A stretch of DNA of 64,000 bases from an uncultured Candidatus Saccharibacteria bacterium (lineage in GTDB: Bacteria > Patescibacteriota > WWE3 > UBA101185 > UBA10185). Where the stretch lies: contig CAZEBU010000002.1 of NCBI GenBank assembly GCA_964510435.1, positions 5,458 through 69,457 of the forward strand, in the 5' to 3' direction. Made by a program: the position numbers and the translations under genes. Position 1 is the first letter of the stretch, and each line of letters starts with the position of its first letter. Shown piece by piece: positions 28,263 through 37,335 of the stretch. A model generated the notes under the pieces. The model saw only the letters and a program-made list of their open reading frames with translations, searched no databases and had not been told where the DNA came from.

Positions 28263-29415
28263 TTTGTTCCGCTTTCACATCCCAAGAGTAATTTTTCATA
28301 ATTTTATACCTATCAACTTGCCTGGGATTTTTTATCATCTCCGAAATTTTCTCGGCAATATGCATAGGTTCTAAATTTTCCAGGTATTCTAAACCCGTTA
28401 CTTCTTCCTCAAGCCTGAAACCAAAACCTAAAACGGGTGTTCCGCAGGCGAGAGATTCCATCACAACCTTGGGTTGCCCCTCAAAAGATGAAGGTAGGAC
28501 AAAAAGGTCAGCTGACTGGTAAGCTATGGGAATTTGAGGATAGGGTGTATAGCCTACTTTGATCACCCTATTTTTAATTTTTTTCTCCATGATCAAGGCA
28601 TCTAACTTTCCGGTATAGCTCTCGTCACCTTCACCTAAGAGGAATAATTTATAGTTTTTTGGTAAATAGGTTAACGACTCTATGATCAGATGGATATTTT
28701 TCCTTTCTACCAAAGCCCCAACATTAAGAATTATTTTGTCTTGTGGGTTTAACCTTAACTCGATCCTTGTTTTAGCTTTTTCTTCCGGATTTATGGGTTT
28801 AAAAAATTCTGGGTTAACTCCCGTTTCTACCACATAGCACCTGCTTGCTTGAGCTTTGTAGTATTGTATAGCTTCATTTCTTAATTTTTCCGAAACAAAA
28901 ATACAGGCTGAGGCAGTTTTAACCGCTAACCTATCAGATAATTCCGCTAAAGGCCAATCCAGTATCTTAGAAATTAACTTGATCTCCTTTTCGCTTTCTT
29001 CCAGTTTTACCCTCCTGCCTTTAACCGTATTGTGAAAATGCACGATAAGGGGCGTTTGCATTTCTTTGAGCCACGGAAAATATTTTCTTAGGATATTCCG
29101 ATAAAGGAAGATCCACAGTCCAAAATGCCCGTGGGCATGAATAATATCTACCTGGTTCCTACTTCGCCACTGTAAATAATTTAGAAACATGGCTAATGAA
29201 GAGGTAAAAGAAATTGTCCCCTGAAAAGGAGCACGCCATACTGTGTGCAATTTGACGTTTTGTAAAGTTTCCGGACCTCCTGCCTTAGGCCACAATCCAC
29301 AAAATATATCAATTTCATGCCCCAGTTTCACTTGTGATCTCGTCAACTCGTAAGGAGCAGGCGCTAACCCCATCCAAGGGGGAGGCCATTCGTAGACTAT
29401 ACGCGTAATTTTCAC
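28219..29415 (-). CDS. GT4-family glycosyltransferase
   Basis: PSSFEGQPKVVMESLACGTPVLGF marks the GT-B EX7E region. Length is 398 aa. Confidence 0.85.
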   Translation of the reverse strand: MKITRIVYEWPPPWMGLAPAPYELTRSQVKLGHEIDIFCGLWPKAGGPETLQNVKLHTVWRAPFQGTISFTSSLAMFLNYLQWRSRNQVDIIHAHGHFGLWIFLYRNILRKYFPWLKEMQTPLIVHFHNTVKGRRVKLEESEKEIKLISKILDWPLAELSDRLAVKTASACIFVSEKLRNEAIQYYKAQASRCYVVETGVNPEFFKPINPEEKAKTRIELRLNPQDKIILNVGALVERKNIHLIIESLTYLPKNYKLFLLGEGDESYTGKLDALIMEKKIKNRVIKVGYTPYPQIPIAYQSADLFVLPSSFEGQPKVVMESLACGTPVLGFGFRLEEEVTGLEYLENLEPMHIAEKISEMIKNPRQVDRYKIMKNYSWDVKAEQIEGIYKRVKENYLQ

Positions 29416-30638
29416 GCCAACACCTCCTTGATAATTTCCTCATAACTATCCAGCATTTTGGTAGTAGTAAACCTTTCCTTGGCAATTTTTAGAGAATTCT
29501 CACTAAATTCCTGGCTAACCTTTTTGTTATTAATTATATGTAACATTTTCTCTTTAAATAACTCTATATTACCTTTTTCTACCAAGTAACCGGTTTCTTC
29601 GTTTACCAATGCATCTTTTACTCCTCCCGCATCATAGGCTACTACAGGCAGTCCCGAAAACATGGCCTCAATAAGCACCATAGGTAAACCCTCAAACCTT
29701 TTTGTAGGCAGGATAAATAACCCGTATTCCTTATTCTTATAATATTTTTCGATCAATTTATTGTAGGATGCAATTTTACCCACTAAATTAACATGATCCC
29801 TTAGATTGGGGTGAAATAACACCTCTTCTCTTAATTTCTCCAGAAGGTCTCCTGAGCCCAGCAGATCTATTTGCACAGTAGAAAACTCTTTTTCCTTAAA
29901 TATAGTTAGGATGTCATTAACTCCCTTTGATGCAATTATCTGACCTACATATAAAACCTTACTTCCTCTTGGTAAATTATGCGGTTGAAAAAAAGCCTTC
30001 TCATCAACCCCATTATGAATTACCACTACTTTGTCTTCTAAAATGAAGGTTTCTTCAATAAGAGCGGTGCGCACATAATTTGAAACCGCTACCACCTTAT
30101 CTGATCCGTGCACAAAATCCCTTTGTCTTCTAAAAAAGTTTTTTAGAATAAAGCCGGTATTTTTCAAGAACAGAAAAAGGTCTTTTGGAAAGTGTGCGTT
30201 GGTAAGAAAAGTTTTATACTCGCCAATGATCGTACCGTGAGAAATAGAAATTACTCTAATTTCCAGATCCCTCTTTTTTTTAATGATGCCTAAACCTGCA
30301 GAGCTTTGTGCTAAAGCTATATGGAAAACTTCTTTTTGATGAAATTTGTTAAACTCCTGCACAGAGCGATTTATCCAATTATTTTTTTGCCAAGAGCCAA
30401 AAAAACCAAGTAGTGGACCCATGCGGTAAACACAATCTACAAAAACATACTTGACCCCATTTTCATGAGCTTCATCTAGCGTTAAGTTCCATTTTGGGGA
30501 AAAAACAATTAATTCATGCCCTCTGGAAGCTAAACCCTCACACAATACTTTGTTTTGAGTTTCCAGCCCACCGTAGTCTTTATGCAGAGTGGTTTTTTTC
30601 GCAAAGACTGCGATTTTCATAAGGAAATTATACCTCAC
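29412..30638 (-). CDS. GT4-family glycosyltransferase
   Basis: PTKRFEGLPMVLIEAMFSGLPVVAYDAGGVKDAL is present. Length is 408 aa. There is a 4-nt overlap with the neighbour. Confidence 0.85.
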   Translation of the reverse strand: MRYNFLMKIAVFAKKTTLHKDYGGLETQNKVLCEGLASRGHELIVFSPKWNLTLDEAHENGVKYVFVDCVYRMGPLLGFFGSWQKNNWINRSVQEFNKFHQKEVFHIALAQSSAGLGIIKKKRDLEIRVISISHGTIIGEYKTFLTNAHFPKDLFLFLKNTGFILKNFFRRQRDFVHGSDKVVAVSNYVRTALIEETFILEDKVVVIHNGVDEKAFFQPHNLPRGSKVLYVGQIIASKGVNDILTIFKEKEFSTVQIDLLGSGDLLEKLREEVLFHPNLRDHVNLVGKIASYNKLIEKYYKNKEYGLFILPTKRFEGLPMVLIEAMFSGLPVVAYDAGGVKDALVNEETGYLVEKGNIELFKEKMLHIINNKKVSQEFSENSLKIAKERFTTTKMLDSYEEIIKEVLA

Positions 30639-31858
30639 GGACTAAGCAAAAGTAGTGATTCCAGCTTTTTTACATTAGTTTCCTGATCAAACATTTCTTG
30701 GGCTTTCAAATATACCGCGTTTCCTAACCGCTGTTTTCTCTCTTGATCTAAAAGTAATCTTTCTATCTCAGTAGCCAGGATCTCAGAATTCCTCTGCGGC
30801 ACGATCACACCTGTAACATCATCAATGATTAGTTCGGTCACGCTACCTGCATCGGTGGTTATTATAGGGAGCTTAGCTAGAGCAGCTTCTATAATTGTGT
30901 TAGGAATACCATCTGCATCTCCATACTCACTCTTAACAATGGGTAGTACAAACAGATCTGCAATGAGATAGTATTGCGCTATCTCCGAAAAAGGAGCACC
31001 TTTACCTTGTCCCTTAATATAAAAGGTTTCCTCTAAAGCTAATTCGCTTATTTTCTGCTGTAACTTTTCGTACAAGGGTCCCGGTCCTACCAAATATACT
31101 TCGTGCTTAAAGCCCCTATCTTTTAATATCTTAGAAGCCTCGATCATATACTCGATGCCCTTCTTTTCCGTTAATCTGGTTCCTCCCATAAATATCATAG
31201 GGCCGCCGGGTTTAGTGATGTTGATCTCTTTCGGAAATATATGTGCAGAGTCAATTCCATGGTGAATGAGATGTACTTTGGATTCATCTGCTTCAGAAAT
31301 TCTCATTAATCGCCGGTAAGCATGTTGATTACACACAGAAATAAACTTAGCCTTCTTTGCTTTGGTCTTTGGTAAGTGAGGATACTCCAGCACATCTCTT
31401 GCGTGGGCAGTGATGCTAAATGGCCTATCCAAAATAATGGCTACAAACATTGCTAAAGAGGAAAAATCAGAATAAAAATGGGCATGTATTTCATCAGGTT
31501 GGTAGTTTTTCAGGATATTGGCATAACCCAAGGCTTTAACTAGTAAGTAAAATTTCCCCCAGGTGCTCTTCGTCAAATCTCCCCTGATAATTTTCTGCAA
31601 TTCCCATATTTTGTCGGATTTCGTAAAAAAGTACCTTAGAGAAAAGAGGAGGTCTATTACATTTAGTCTTGCCTTGTGAGCATGGGGTTTTAGTATCTCA
31701 GGAATTTCACCTTTACCCTTTTTTAGATAAACAATAGTTATCTCTAAATTTCCTAACTGCACCAGTTTTTCTAGATCCCTAGCAATAAATGTCTCAGTCA
31801 AAACGGGAAATTCGGGTATGAAAACCAATATTTTTTTGTTGTTATTTATTTTTATCAT
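30635..31858 (-). CDS. GT4-family glycosyltransferase
   Basis: DADGIPNTIIEAALAKLPIITTDAGSVTELI is present. Length is 407 aa. Confidence 0.85.
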   Translation of the reverse strand: MIKINNNKKILVFIPEFPVLTETFIARDLEKLVQLGNLEITIVYLKKGKGEIPEILKPHAHKARLNVIDLLFSLRYFFTKSDKIWELQKIIRGDLTKSTWGKFYLLVKALGYANILKNYQPDEIHAHFYSDFSSLAMFVAIILDRPFSITAHARDVLEYPHLPKTKAKKAKFISVCNQHAYRRLMRISEADESKVHLIHHGIDSAHIFPKEINITKPGGPMIFMGGTRLTEKKGIEYMIEASKILKDRGFKHEVYLVGPGPLYEKLQQKISELALEETFYIKGQGKGAPFSEIAQYYLIADLFVLPIVKSEYGDADGIPNTIIEAALAKLPIITTDAGSVTELIIDDVTGVIVPQRNSEILATEIERLLLDQERKQRLGNAVYLKAQEMFDQETNVKKLESLLLLSP

Positions 31859-33209
31859 CTCTTAAAATAGCGTAGATCGGCCGATCTTCCTGTTCAGTCA
31901 ACCCGTTGGTCTTTTTGCCGATAGCAAAATAGGTAATACCCAGACTTTCCACCTCATCTTTTTGCAGAAGATTCCTACCATCAAAAATAACCGGCGCTTT
32001 CATCAATCTTTTAACTTTTTTCAAGTCAAGATTAGCAAATTCCATCCATTCAGTTAAAATACACAGGGCGTCGGCACCCTTAACAGCCTCATAAGCCGAA
32101 CTGCAGTAAGTAATGTTAGGTTTTCCGAGTTCTTTCCTGGCATTTTCCATGGCTTCCGGATCATAAACTTTAAGATTTGCACCCAAACCACGCAACATTT
32201 TTACAAGTCTAATGGAAACGGAATCGCGGGTGTCATCAGTGTTATTTTTGAAGGCTAAACCTAAACAGGCTAGAGATTTATTTGAAAGGTTACTACCAAG
32301 ATGAGAAACTATCTTTTTTAGAAAATAATCCTTTTGCAAATCATTTACCTCCATAACGCCGCGTAACAGCTTAAAATCGTACGCTTGGTCTGTAGAAGTT
32401 TTATACAAAGCAACCACATCCTTAGGGAAACAACTTCCGCCGTAACCTAATCCCGCATTTAAAAAATAAGCGCCGATCCTTTTATCCAGACCCATTCCTT
32501 TTGCTACAGTTTGTACATCAGCACCAGCTCGCTCACATAGTTGGCCTATTTCGTTGATAAAAGAGATCTTGGTAGCTAAAAAGGCATTAGAAGCGTATTT
32601 TATGAGCTCTGATGACCTTAGATCACACTCCACAAGAGGAGACTTTAGATGCTTGTATAACCTCCTCATGACCTTTAAAGCTTTTTGGGAATCAAAACCA
32701 ATAACCGTTCGGTCGGTGTTTTGCATATCCTCAATAGAGGAACCTTCTCTTAAAAATTCGGGGTTGGAAACAACATCAAAACTTACCTTTTGCTTTAAAT
32801 TTTCCTTAATGATTTCCTTGACTCTTTCGTTAGTACCAACCGGCACAGTACTCTTAACAACAATGACTTTGTAGGAGGTAAGACTCTGACCAATTTCCTT
32901 GGCTACAGCCCACACCGCACTTAGATCGGCAGCGCCATCATCACCTTGCGGAGTACCCACGCAGATAAAAACTACTTCCGCATCTTTAATACCCTTAGGA
33001 AGTGAGGTAGTAAATTTCAATCTTCCGTCTTCAATGTTTTTTAAAACGAGTTCGGATAAACCAGGCTCGTAAATAGGCATTTCCCCGGAGGTGATCTTCT
33101 TGATCTTTTTCCGGTCAATGTCTATGCCCACTACTTCCTTACCCCACTCAGCAAATACAGCCGCCCCTACTAATCCTATGTAGCCAGTGCCAATTATTGC
33201 TAGTTTCAT
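31842..33209 (-). CDS. ugd: UDP-glucose 6-dehydrogenase (UDP-glucose/GDP-mannose dehydrogenase family)
   Basis: The NAD-binding N-terminus is MKLAIIGTGYIGLVGAAVFA. The catalytic Cys region is GYGGSCFPKDV, and a C-terminal UDP-binding domain is present. Confidence 0.9.
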   Translation of the reverse strand: MKLAIIGTGYIGLVGAAVFAEWGKEVVGIDIDRKKIKKITSGEMPIYEPGLSELVLKNIEDGRLKFTTSLPKGIKDAEVVFICVGTPQGDDGAADLSAVWAVAKEIGQSLTSYKVIVVKSTVPVGTNERVKEIIKENLKQKVSFDVVSNPEFLREGSSIEDMQNTDRTVIGFDSQKALKVMRRLYKHLKSPLVECDLRSSELIKYASNAFLATKISFINEIGQLCERAGADVQTVAKGMGLDKRIGAYFLNAGLGYGGSCFPKDVVALYKTSTDQAYDFKLLRGVMEVNDLQKDYFLKKIVSHLGSNLSNKSLACLGLAFKNNTDDTRDSVSIRLVKMLRGLGANLKVYDPEAMENARKELGKPNITYCSSAYEAVKGADALCILTEWMEFANLDLKKVKRLMKAPVIFDGRNLLQKDEVESLGITYFAIGKKTNGLTEQEDRPIYAILRDDKNK

Positions 33210-33224
33210 AATAACTCCTCAAGT

Positions 33225-33980
33225 TTAAACTTTGTAAAACCCCCTCAAGTCATTAATTTTAACTTTCAGGACATCAAAGGACATTCTAAACGAATCCTTT
33301 AAGGGGTTCAATCTGGTCGTTTTAACATATGTCCAAGTTACCGGTATTTCTTTTATCTTATAGCCTAGTTTCCTTGCCAAATATAGTGCTTCTACATCAA
33401 ATGCCCCCATATATCCTGTGTTCTCCTCCTTAGCGTCTTCGCCATATGTGCGCATTCTAGGAAAAATATCTTTTGCTGCTTTACTTTTGAATAATTTAAA
33501 GCCGCACTGAGAATCTTTAATCCCGGGTAAAGCCATAAACTGTACATAATAGTTAAAAATTCTTCCCATGAGATGCCGGTAATAAGGTTCATTCACCCGA
33601 TTTGCCCCTACTCCTTCCCGAGAAGCAATTACAATATCAAAATCGTGTTCTTCTATCCAATTAAATAATTTCTTCAGTTCTTCTATAGGGGTTGAAAGGT
33701 CAGCATCTGCCATGTAAATGAAATTACCTCTTGCGGCCATGATCCCCGTCCAAACAGATGGTCCTTTTCCCTTATGAGAGTTCTCTATTAGCCTTAGTTC
33801 GCGGCACTCTTTGGCGTAATTTCCCACTAGCTCAGTAGTATTATCCTCGCTTCCGTCATCTACCACGATTATTTCAAACGATTCACAAAAGTTTCTCATA
33901 AAGGAAATTACTTGCGTCAGGGAGGGAACTATTTTATCTGCTTCGTTATACGCAGGTATAACTATCGAAAACTTTGGCAT
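33225..33980 (-). CDS. GT2 glycosyltransferase, Dpm1-like polyprenyl-phosphate sugar synthase (soluble, 251 aa)
   Basis: FSIVIPAYNEADKI...EIIVVDDGSEDNT and ADADLSTP are present. Confidence 0.8.
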   Translation of the reverse strand: MPKFSIVIPAYNEADKIVPSLTQVISFMRNFCESFEIIVVDDGSEDNTTELVGNYAKECRELRLIENSHKGKGPSVWTGIMAARGNFIYMADADLSTPIEELKKLFNWIEEHDFDIVIASREGVGANRVNEPYYRHLMGRIFNYYVQFMALPGIKDSQCGFKLFKSKAAKDIFPRMRTYGEDAKEENTGYMGAFDVEALYLARKLGYKIKEIPVTWTYVKTTRLNPLKDSFRMSFDVLKVKINDLRGFYKV

Positions 33981-34009
33981 AGTTTATGCTTACATATTTT
34001 ACAAATAAT

Positions 34010-35128
34010 TTAATCCTTTTTCCAAATAACCCGGCTATAGACCGTATAATTCCAAATTAATCCTACTAAAATACCAATAAAAAACGCTGCATAAGCTACT
34101 GGTGTAGTATCGCCAAAGTTGCCAATAGAAAATTTAATGAGCCAAGTCCTAAATATTATTGGAATATATGAGGAAATAAAATAGAGCGCAAAACTTGTTA
34201 CTCTCTTTTTCGTGCCGGTTATTTTTCTCTTTCGAAAAGACCACAGATCGTTAAGGGTATAAGTGGTAAGCATGCCGGCAAATCCTGAGACGGCACTAGC
34301 AGTGGTTGAACCTAAAGGGGTCAGCCTTAAGAGAGTGAAAAGTCCGCTATCAATAAAAAGGCCGGCAAATCCTACAAAAATAAATTTTATAAAGCTTTTG
34401 CTATCCTGATACCTCAAAAGTATGATTACCCTCAGAGAATCAAGCATATTTTCCCTCTCCATTTTTGAATTTCCCCTATCTCTTAAACCAAATTTTATGG
34501 GTACCTCAACGATCTTGGCCCCAAGACGGTGCATTTTAAATAAAAGATCCATTTTGTAAGCGAATCCACTGGAATTAACTTCATCAAGGTTAATGCGGTC
34601 TACAAACCCTTTTACCCTGGAAATTTTATAACCCGTTGTGAAATCGTTGACACTAAATATACCCAAAACCACCTTAGTAAAAATATTCCCGGCTAAACTT
34701 ATAAACTTTCTATAAAACGCCCATTCCTTTGGTATACTTCCACCTTTAATATAACGTGAACCAATAACATAATCTGCACCTTTATCTAAGGCGGCCACTA
34801 ATTTTGATAGATCCTTGGGATCGTGCTGAAAATCTGCATCCATCTCTACTAAAGCTTCCGGGTGAAGATCATGCAAAGCGTATTTGAATCCATACACATA
34901 GGCGTCCCCTAATCCCACCTTTTCTTTTTTCGAAAGTAAATGTACGCTGGCATGCTTCTCTGACAACCTTCTAACTACGTTCCCTGTTCCATCCGGAGAA
35001 CTGTCATCTACTACCAATATCTCAAACTGATGTTGCGGGATCTTATTGAACTCATTCAAAAGCATACCAATCAGACGCCTGATATTATCCGCTTCATTAT
35101 ATGTAGGAATGATCACTACTATCTTCAT
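34010..35128 (-). CDS. Polyprenyl-phosphate mannosyl/glycosyl-transferase: a GT2 catalytic domain fused to a C-terminal GtrA-like 4-TM domain
   Basis: IVVIIPTYNEADNI...ILVVDDSSPDGTG and EMDADFQHDP are present. The C-terminal ~120 aa are hydrophobic (FIFVGFAGLFIDSGLFTLL...), as in Ppm1/GtrB-type enzymes. Confidence 0.8.
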   Translation of the reverse strand: MKIVVIIPTYNEADNIRRLIGMLLNEFNKIPQHQFEILVVDDSSPDGTGNVVRRLSEKHASVHLLSKKEKVGLGDAYVYGFKYALHDLHPEALVEMDADFQHDPKDLSKLVAALDKGADYVIGSRYIKGGSIPKEWAFYRKFISLAGNIFTKVVLGIFSVNDFTTGYKISRVKGFVDRINLDEVNSSGFAYKMDLLFKMHRLGAKIVEVPIKFGLRDRGNSKMERENMLDSLRVIILLRYQDSKSFIKFIFVGFAGLFIDSGLFTLLRLTPLGSTTASAVSGFAGMLTTYTLNDLWSFRKRKITGTKKRVTSFALYFISSYIPIIFRTWLIKFSIGNFGDTTPVAYAAFFIGILVGLIWNYTVYSRVIWKKD

Positions 35129-35140
35129 AGCTTGTAAATC

Positions 35141-35398
35141 TTAGATACTAAGTGCAGTTAAAACAAGGAGAAAAACAAAAAAACCTATGAGAATATATTC
35201 TAAAGCTATTTGAAAGTCAAATCTACCTTCGAGTATGTGATGGATTATTCCCCAAAGTACATAAAATACAGCTGCCAAGGCCGTAATAATTATCCTCAGC
35301 TGTTTATCATTACCCACATAAAAAAACAATGCCACAAAGGTAGTGATTCCCAGCAAAATAACAGTGTATTCAACTAGCTTATAACTTTTAAACCTCAT
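35141..35398 (-). CDS. Small 2-3-TM membrane protein (85 aa), unknown function
   Basis: The sequence is entirely hydrophobic. Its start overlaps the stop of the CAP gene as ATGA, consistent with translational coupling in the operon. Confidence 0.45.
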   Translation of the reverse strand: MRFKSYKLVEYTVILLGITTFVALFFYVGNDKQLRIIITALAAVFYVLWGIIHHILEGRFDFQIALEYILIGFFVFLLVLTALSI

Positions 35399-36375
35399 AA
35401 AATGACTCCCGGAAAGACAGAAAGCATCACGCTAACAATGACCACAAGTAGAAATACCAAATGCGCCAAGGTATGGCCGGTTACTTTTAAAATACCGTGT
35501 CTTTTTGAATACCAAATATCTATACCTAGTAAAGTGGTGATAAATCCTCCAAAGGTGATAGTGATCGATCTGGTAACATTGCGAACGTCTATGGCCGGTT
35601 TCGTTTCTACGACTTCTTTGGATACTAGCAAGGCTAATTGCTTGTCTTCAATGATTTCCTTAACGGTCTCTCCTTCTACACTGGTAACGGCCTCAGGCAC
35701 AGTCGGGGGTACAACCTCAAAGACAGCTTCTTCTCCAGTGTCCACTAGCCGATTGGCAGCGGCAACTTGCGTAGGTACTCTAGAACGACCAAACATTTGC
35801 ACTACCAATGTTGTTTCATATCCCTCCAAAACTCCATTTACAATGGCAAAGCCAATGTCATCGTAATTTGCACTAAGTAAATTTTCTCTGTGCGTGGGGG
35901 ATTCGTACCAGGCCTCTACAACTTCCTTAGAGTTATAAAAATTTTTAGCCAAATTTTCTCCTGCATAAGTGTAATCGTACCCCTCTGAGAGAATAAAATC
36001 CCATGGCTTAGTGCCCAAAGGAGAGACGTGAGCCCAATATTCATACGCGTACATATCCTGAGCTTTTCTTTCGGCAGCCTTGCTTAATGCGTGGTTTAGT
36101 TGTAACGGTTTTAGACCCAATTTTGATCTTCTTTCGTTGGTGTATCTCAAAAGATCATCCGTGCTAATGTTAGAGGCATATCCTAATATCCCCGGCGCCA
36201 AAATAGGTAATATGCGCAGCATGATAACCAAAAGAACTAAGATCAAACTGTAGGTGACAAAGGCTCCCTGAGTTAATAATTTTGCTCTTGTACGATTTGT
36301 TTCGTGGGGAACGAAATGATAAATAAAACGATATTTCTGTATTGAATCCGAGTCTTTTGGCAGACGTGCTTTCAT
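35395..36375 (-). CDS. Membrane-anchored CAP/SCP/PR-1-like domain protein (YkwD-like)
   Basis: The CAP domain region is YAYEYWAHVSPLGTKPW...YAGENLAKNF..AWYESPTHRENLLSANYDDIGFAIVNG. It has an N-terminal signal-anchor helix. Confidence 0.75.
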   Translation of the reverse strand: MKARLPKDSDSIQKYRFIYHFVPHETNRTRAKLLTQGAFVTYSLILVLLVIMLRILPILAPGILGYASNISTDDLLRYTNERRSKLGLKPLQLNHALSKAAERKAQDMYAYEYWAHVSPLGTKPWDFILSEGYDYTYAGENLAKNFYNSKEVVEAWYESPTHRENLLSANYDDIGFAIVNGVLEGYETTLVVQMFGRSRVPTQVAAANRLVDTGEEAVFEVVPPTVPEAVTSVEGETVKEIIEDKQLALLVSKEVVETKPAIDVRNVTRSITITFGGFITTLLGIDIWYSKRHGILKVTGHTLAHLVFLLVVIVSVMLSVFPGVIL

Positions 36376-36384
36376 AACAAGAAA

Positions 36385-36425
36385 ATTATATCTCGTTTCA
36401 TTTGGTATGTCACTTTATGACTAAA
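36385..36425 (-). promoter_or_regulatory. Promoter P1. On the minus strand it reads AAAGTGACA -35, 17-nt spacer, TATAAT, 9 nt, then the ATG of the CAP gene. It heads a ~24 kb glycosylation super-operon.
   Basis: Plus strand attata is at 36385-36390 and tgtcac at 36408-36413. The shared 16-mer GTCACTTTATGACTAA matches P2. Confidence 0.45.
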
Positions 36426-36428
36426 ACA

Positions 36429-37046
36429 TTATTTCATTGCGGCTATGACGCGATCAAGGACCTCTTTAGGTGTACCTTCGGCATTAATTTCTACAAGTAA
36501 GCCATTTTTTTTAAAGTAAGAAATAACCTCTAAAGTATTTTCTCGATAAGCTTTAAATCTGGTATTTAGTACTTCTTCTGTATCGTCTTCCCTTTTGATC
36601 AGTTTACTTTTGTCGATGTCGCAAATACCCTCCACCTGTGGTTTTTTTGAAAGCAGATTATAAACGTGTCCTTCTTTTTCACATACTCTCCTTGCCAGGG
36701 TTCTTCTTTGAGAGATTTTCTTAGATATGTTTAAAAATATTACTTTATCAATTTGGGGGTCAAAATGCTCTAGATCATCTATGTGCCTCACCCACCCATC
36801 CAAAATATATCCTCTCTCATAACGGGAGTGGGTTGTTACTTCTTCCAATAAACCTCCTACAATATAGTTTGGTGCTAGCAAACCCTTATCCATGTATTCG
36901 TGAACTTTTTGATACCAAATGGTTTCTTCAGGAATGTCGCGTAATAAATCGCCGGTTTTCACTAAGGGGATGTTCAACTGTTCGGACAACATTTTACCTA
37001 TGGTGCCCTTGCCGCTCGCAGGTGGTCCTATCAACAAAATTTTCAT
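36429..37046 (-). CDS. adk: Adenylate kinase
   Basis: P-loop ILLIGPPASGKGT is followed by the LID region. It is located after secY as in canonical spc-operon tails. Confidence 0.9.
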   Translation of the reverse strand: MKILLIGPPASGKGTIGKMLSEQLNIPLVKTGDLLRDIPEETIWYQKVHEYMDKGLLAPNYIVGGLLEEVTTHSRYERGYILDGWVRHIDDLEHFDPQIDKVIFLNISKKISQRRTLARRVCEKEGHVYNLLSKKPQVEGICDIDKSKLIKREDDTEEVLNTRFKAYRENTLEVISYFKKNGLLVEINAEGTPKEVLDRVIAAMK

Positions 37047-37055
37047 GACCATAAA

Positions 37056-37331
37056 CTAGAAACCGGAAAGAATATCCTTTAATTCATCTACATTAACGCT
37101 GCTTCTTAATTGCTTCTCCACCTTTTTATCTGCGGCTTTCATGGCTTTATTTATCAAATCTTTTAGTTCCTTTTGTTCTTCGCTATCAATAATAATTGTC
37201 TCGATTTTTTTATCACCCCTAACAACTACCTTAATGCCTCTTTTTTCTTCGGCAGCGTATATTTGCTCCAATTGCTTTTGCATCTGGGACTTAGCTCTTT
37301 GTGCCTTGTATAAACCTTTTGGATTTATCAT
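37056..37331 (-). CDS. YbaB/EbfC-family nucleoid-associated protein (tentative)
   Basis: Length is 91 aa. The pattern KSQMQKQLEQ ... IKVVVRGDKKIETIIIDSEE...LKDLINKAMKAADKKVEK fits the YbaB profile (KQAQQMQ...v.G..kv.si.idp......LeDLi.aA.NdA). Confidence 0.45.
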   Translation of the reverse strand: MINPKGLYKAQRAKSQMQKQLEQIYAAEEKRGIKVVVRGDKKIETIIIDSEEQKELKDLINKAMKAADKKVEKQLRSSVNVDELKDILSGF

Positions 37332-37335
37332 ATTC

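Noticed and set aside
37056-37331. Assigning the 91-aa ORF between secY and adk as infA (IF-1) or rpmJ, which normally occupy spc or alpha operon tails
   Set aside because: The sequence lacks the IF-1 OB-fold signature (..[20 protein letters not shown]..) and the L36 zinc ribbon. Its Q/K-rich helix followed by a beta strand fits YbaB better, so it is called YbaB-like with moderate confidence.
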